Shown here: positions 60,901 to 64,000 of the stretch, one piece after another
Numbering within the stretch: position 1 is the first letter of the stretch
Layout: every line of letters begins with the position of its first letter
Source: Albugo candida
Lineage: Eukaryota
NCBI GenBank assembly: GCA_040437565.1
Contig: JBDOQK010000031.1
Location: 62,001-126,000 of the forward strand
Length of the DNA: 64,000 bases
Direction of reading: 5' to 3'
Notes under the pieces: generated by a model
What the model was told of the DNA's origin: nothing
What the model saw: the letters and a program-made list of their open reading frames with translations, nothing else
Database searches by the model: none
Translations under genes and position numbers: made by a program

Positions 60901-63900
60901 AGTATGACGACTTCACGCCAGAGCAATTTGCTGCTCTACCATTCCCACCTACTGCTTCTTGCCAATTTCGACGCGATGAAAATCTTCCTGTCGCGTATAT
61001 CATTATGGACGGCAGCTGCTGTCAGGTGAACAAGTCGTTGATGTACCCGGTGTCAGGGAGGTTTATTGTATGCAAACTCTTGACTGCTACAACGACTTCG
61101 TTCACACGATCAGCGATAGAAACTATCGATTTCGGATGCATTGGAGTTTATGGAATCTTTGATGAAGATAATGGACCTGCCTACAGCGATGAAATGACGC
61201 CGGATTACTGTGGAGAATGCAAACGATCATCCATTGTTGGGCTCAGTTACAGCAAAAGAGACCGAGAAACAACGACAATCTGCGCCTCGTGCTTTGATGA
61301 TTTGCGAGGAATCGCCAGCATTCACGCTGATTCTGAACTCTTTGTTTCTGCCGGAGATATGGGCGAAAGTCCTCCGACTACTTTGACACCGCGTAAAGCA
61401 TGGCATGCGAAAATCTCGTCAATGTACGAAGCTTTAGAGTCCAGTCATGCAAGGATAACAGCGACTCAAAATGCAGGCAGTCTACCAAGCAGTAGCATTA
61501 GTGGCCCTGAACAAAATAAGAAGGACTTTTTATGGTCTGGCACCTCTTCACCTACGTTTGAAGAATGCGAGATTTTTTCATGTGGCCAAAATAATTATGG
61601 TGAGCTTTGTTTGGGTCACTGCAATCCAACGAACAAGCTGGAGCACGCATCCTTTTTCTCCTACAAAAGCATTCAAAGCATTGCAGGAGGAAATGAAGTT
61701 CTTGTGGTTCTTATGAAAGATGGCGCAGTTTTTACTTGCGGCCTAAACAAAAGTGGTCAGTGTGGCACCGGAAACTTTGACGAACGCTTGATCGTTCCAA
61801 GTCCTATCCAATCTCTCAGCGGTATTCCAATTACGATGGTTGCAGCTTCTAATGGATGTGAGCATATGCTTGCGATCTCTCACGATGGCGCTGTCTATTC
61901 TTGGGGATACAATGATCGAGGTCAGCTTGGTCTGGGTACAACAGTGTCCAAGAGCCATACCCCACGCGTGATTGAGTCTTTACGTGAAAAGTACTTTATC
62001 ACATTCGCTGCAGTGAGTTATCACCACAGTGCTGTAGTTTCAAACAATGGCGATCTCTTGACATTTGGAATGAATGATAGTGGTCAGCTTGGGCTCGATC
62101 ACGCGCAACATCAGCACACCCCTCAGCTAGTCGAGACACTCTCTAGCCAAAAAGTTTGCAAAGTTGCTTGTGGCCTGTATCATACCGTGGTGATCGTCGA
62201 TAATGGAGAAGTGTACTCTTTCGGGAAGAATGAATATGGCCAACTTGGTCTGTCTCACACGCAGAACACCAAAGTCCCAATGCTTGTCAAAATACCACCC
62301 GCTCCTCGAACGCCAATCTCAGATACGGTCAATAAGGCAGTCCAAGTCTATTGTGGATATTATCACACTGTTGGAATCCTGGAATGCGGTAAGGTGGTGA
62401 CGTGGGGTCGAAATGATTATGGTCAGCTCGGAATCGGCAGCAAGGATCACAAAAGTGTTGCTCAATATGTTCCTCTTCCACTCACGTCTCGAGTTAAAAA
62501 AGCTTCCTGTGGTTGTTATCATACGCTCATACTTCTCGTAAATGGACGTGTTATGGTATTTGGTCGCAACAATAAAGGACAATTGGGTGTTGCTTCCCGC
62601 TCTCTTCCCTCTGCCGACTTGCCACTACCAATCCCATTGCATCCATTATCATCCGATGAAGTGGTTTATGTTTCTGCTGGATTTTATTGCTCCTATATTC
62701 TCACAGGAAAGGAAGCAAGTGACCAAGTTCAAGATATATGTGGTGATCCATCGACGACTTCACCCGAAGAAATGACAGGTCGTGCTTTGAGGACTTCAGA
62801 CAAACTATTCCAGGATCTGATGAAGCAAATGGATCAGTATTCGGAATGTATGCAAAAGCTGAACACAAACACATGCGCTAGTGAATACCCGGTCGTTGTT
62901 GCATCAAAAAGGATGAACGTCGCATCCGGTAGGACGCTCGCTTTGGTGAAATTATACAGCGCATCTTGGGCACTTGTTCAAGGACTAATGTATCAGTCTG
63001 TAAAGCTGGAAAATGAGACAACAAAAAAGACTGTCGGAGCCCAGAATCCCGTGTTGCTTTCTCTACTTGATTTTTTGTTGACCATCTTCCAGTCGTCAAA
63101 GTCTTTGCAATCTGCCAAGGCTTTAGAAACTCAGTCGTTGGTACGATTTTTAGAGGTCAAGTGTGAGGACGAAAAGGGAGGCGTGAGCAACTCTTGTTTC
63201 TCGTTTCGGAACGCTTCTCTAGGTCTCACAAGATGTTTGCTAACGCTCAAAAGTATCCCAAGTCTCTCATGTCCGACCCAAGCTTCATGGCTTCAGGATT
63301 TATGCCCTCAACTTCTCAACAATCAAGTGTTGTCGATTTTGCTTTATTGCGGCTCAATGAATGACGGGATCTGCTCGATATTGGCTGCAAATAGCTCTGT
63401 GATTGCACACACATTATCTAATTTTGAATCCAATGACCTGACAACAGCAATGATCTCATTTCGTCTCGCGATGTTGCTATTTCCTTTCCATTCCGTGATC
63501 GAAATCAACAATATTTATCGAGAGAAGACTTCGCGTCCGTCTGGCAACGTGCTGCATACATTGATTCTTTTGGTCGGACGTCCCTTAATCACCCGGCCAA
63601 AGCTTTGTCATCATGAACTGGGTATTGAGTGTTGCATTACACGTCCCTGCGAGAGATCTTCTTGTGTGAAAAAGTCTTGTCGTACTTGGAGTGAAAAGGT
63701 TCCGAATGCGTCTGAAGATCACACATTGGCACGCTTACTGGATCGCTATCATGTCGCTCTTGCAAAGTCTGATGAGGCTGTTGCATTACTCCGCTATATG
63801 ACAACGTTCCCTTCGTGGAAAGCTGCTGTGAACGAATCGGTGATCTTGGCTCTGCAGAAACAATGCAGGATTGATGATATGGTACACTCTATAGCCACTT

Positions 63901-64000
63901 ACTACCTGCGACTACAAGACAACACAGCCAGCTACGAGGACGATAAGAGGGATGATGACACCATACGTCAAGCCGAGGTCACAGAAGTTAACAGAGATAC
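51974..64000 (+). CDS. Giant HERC-like protein (RCC1 repeats x2, SPRY, Kelch, ZZ-like); probable E3 ligase, continues beyond window
   Basis: RCC1 blades (YSCGQNSYGELGLG, YSWGYNDRGQLG) at ~53080-54190 and ~61570-62710. SPRY GKWFYEV..IQIGW..GDVIGCLLD. Kelch GG..W repeats ~54850-55690. Introns 52227-52285, ~58304-58351, ~58538-58584, after which a frame appears to stay open to 64000. No HECT domain is seen inside the window. Confidence 0.88.

Overview
Eukaryotic, gene-dense scaffold with short GT-AG introns and oomycete-type Inr/FPR core promoters. The compact architecture and gene content suggest an oomycete, Albugo-like (inference). There are three zones. (1) 1-20.3 kb, housekeeping genes: F-box protein, mitochondrial-type L13, a CHD-family remodeler with unusual chromo/bromo/PHD/PDZ architecture, a hemerythrin-like protein, a GEP4/YqeG phosphatase, PRP31, ARPC2 and a membrane-anchored C69 peptidase. 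(2) 20.8-40.4 kb, a transposon graveyard: a ~530-bp palindrome, Copia, RTE and L1 relics, two tRNA-derived SINE families, a kinesin-1 pseudogene, and a TSD-resolved nest of Mutator-like elements, four of which inserted within 22 bp of each other. (3) 41.3-64 kb: a diverged duplicate of the ARPC2-C69 block (ARPC2 decayed, C69 amplified, one copy truncated before its membrane anchor), PUM3/Puf6, a SERBP1/Stm1-like protein and a giant RCC1-SPRY-Kelch HERC-like gene running off the window. Many of the 100-N gaps are flanked by duplicated sequence (assembly artefacts). Intron boundaries were read by eye and are approximate.
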